This document shows, one piece after another, positions 62,444-64,000 of a stretch of 64,000 bases of DNA. The stretch is from sequence record OP557969.1, one strand, 5' to 3'. The first letter of the stretch is position 1. Each line of letters begins with the position of its first letter. Under the pieces are notes generated by a model that saw only the letters and a list, made by a program, of their open reading frames with translations, had not been told where the DNA came from and ran no database searches. The translations under genes and the position numbers were made by a program.

Positions 62444-64000
62444 ATGATTAACGTAACCAAGCGTAATGGAATGAAAGAACCGTTATCATTGGATAAGATC
62501 CATCAGATTTTATTTTTCGCTGCTGAAGGTCTAAGTGGTATTTCAGTTTCTGAAATTGAACTTCGTGCACAACTTCAGTTTTATGAAGGTATTGAAACCA
62601 GTACTATTCATGATATTCTGATTAAAGCAGCCGCAGAACTTATTTCAGAAGATACACCAAATTACCAATATGTTGCTGGTAGATTATTAAACTATAGTAT
62701 TCGTAAGCAAGTATATGGGCAGTATGACCCGATTAAATATGCTGCTCATCTTCAAGAAATGGTTGATATCAAAATATATGATCCTGAAATTCTTGAAAAA
62801 TATACTCTTCAAGAAATAGAAGAGCTTGGGCGTTATATCAAACATAAACGTGACGATAAATTTACTTATGTTGCAATGCGACAATGGGAAGGAAAATACC
62901 TTTACAAAAACCGCGTTACTAAGAAAATTTATGAAACTCCACAAATGGCATATATGACTATTGCCGCAATCATTTTTATGGAGTATGATCGTTCCGTTCG
63001 TATGTCATATGTTAAAAAGTTTTATGATGCAGTAAGTAACTTTGACATTAGTCTTCCTACACCTATTATGGCTGGTCTACGTACAAACACACGTCAGTTT
63101 AGCTCTTGTGTAGTTCTAAATGTTGGTGACAGCTTGGATAGTATTGGTTCATCTAACCACGCCATTCTACGTTATATTTCACGTAAAGCTGGTCTTGGTA
63201 TTAATATGGGCCGCATTCGTGCCCTAGACTCCGAGATTCGTTCAGGTGATGCAGTACATACTGGATTGATTCCGTTCATTGCAGCTACTGCTAAAACTGT
63301 TAAAAGCTGTTCACAAGGTGGTGTTCGTGGTGGAGCAGCAACTGTTCACTTCCCATTGTGGCATTTGGAATTTGATAACTTGGTAGTTCTTAAAAACAAC
63401 AAAGGAACTGAGTTTAACCGTGTACGTCAACTGGACTATTGTTTCCAAGTAAACAAAACTTTGTATCAACGTTTGGTTGATGGAAAGAATATCACGTTCT
63501 TTAGTCCTAATGAAGTTCCTGGGTTATATGATGCATTTTGCTCTGATCAAAAAGAATTTGAAAAGCTATATAAAAAATACGAATCTGACCAAAGCATCCG
63601 TAAAAAATCCGTACCTGCTGTTGAAGTATTCAGTACTCTAATGACTGAGCGTGCAGAAACTGGTCGCATTTATATTCAAAATATTGACCATGCAAACACA
63701 CACTCAACCTTTATTGAATCAATTGCACCAATTGAACAATCCAACTTGTGCCAAGAAATTGCACTACCATCTGTACCATTTGATGATATTAATACAGGTG
63801 AAGGTTTGATTAGTCTATGTACTTTGAGTGCAATCAACTGGGGTAACTTTGATCGCCCAGAAGATATGGAAACTGCATGTGATCTTTCTGTACGTGCACT
63901 TGATTCTCTATTGGACTATCAAGACTATCCAGTGGTTCATGCGGATCGTGCAACAAAAATGTACCGCCCGTTGGGTGTTGGTATCATTAACTTTGCATAC
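62444..64000 (+). CDS. nrdA: Class Ia ribonucleotide reductase alpha subunit (5' part; runs off the window end)
   Basis: Not in ORF track. ATG at 62444 after AAGGA gives MINVTKRNG...LDKIH ATP cone, YQYVAGRL, YETPQ, PTPIMAG, QFSSC, SQGGVRGG, QSNLCQEI, LCTLSAINWG. Confidence 0.97.
   Translation, partial: MINVTKRNGMKEPLSLDKIHQILFFAAEGLSGISVSEIELRAQLQFYEGIETSTIHDILIKAAAELISEDTPNYQYVAGRLLNYSIRKQVYGQYDPIKYAAHLQEMVDIKIYDPEILEKYTLQEIEELGRYIKHKRDDKFTYVAMRQWEGKYLYKNRVTKKIYETPQMAYMTIAAIIFMEYDRSVRMSYVKKFYDAVSNFDISLPTPIMAGLRTNTRQFSSCVVLNVGDSLDSIGSSNHAILRYISRKAGLGINMGRIRALDSEIRSGDAVHTGLIPFIAATAKTVKSCSQGGVRGGAATVHFPLWHLEFDNLVVLKNNKGTEFNRVRQLDYCFQVNKTLYQRLVDGKNITFFSPNEVPGLYDAFCSDQKEFEKLYKKYESDQSIRKKSVPAVEVFSTLMTERAETGRIYIQNIDHANTHSTFIESIAPIEQSNLCQEIALPSVPFDDINTGEGLISLCTLSAINWGNFDRPEDMETACDLSVRALDSLLDYQDYPVVHADRATKMYRPLGVGIINFAY

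Overview
64 kb of an AT-rich (roughly one-third GC by eye), T4-superfamily jumbo myophage genome in the standard genetic code. Gene content and order suggest the RaK2/121Q/GAP32-like group infecting Enterobacterales (inferred, not searched). From left to right it holds: a minus-strand baseplate/lysozyme block (gp6, gp25, lysozyme, gp5-like spike, gp53); gp55, gp47, gp46 and endonuclease VII; a promoter-driven, hairpin-rich ~470-nt non-coding region; gp26, tape measure, portal, protease, scaffold and major capsid protein (MCP); a tail fibre and its chaperone; the replication core (DsbA, family-B polymerase, clamp, RNase H, SSB, UvsX/Y/W, primase, helicase); terminase; a probable second head-protein cluster; and the start of nrdA. 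The most notable observations are: (1) the candidate large structured ncRNA or R-loop origin at 12.5-13.1 kb; (2) nine copies of a non-canonical promoter TGRGACA-N16-TATAAT; (3) a 212-aa minimal DnaE-type polymerase core alongside a full PolB; (4) a 1-nt frameshift in terL next to its intein, preceded by a degenerate terminase-ATPase paralogue; (5) two class-3-like inteins in P-loops; (6) two Hef-like nuclease/Mom-like GNAT fusions; (7) apparent AGTACT enrichment and a strong CTA-Leu bias. No tRNA, rRNA or CRISPR array was seen. All assignments rest on motif recognition by eye; no searches were run.
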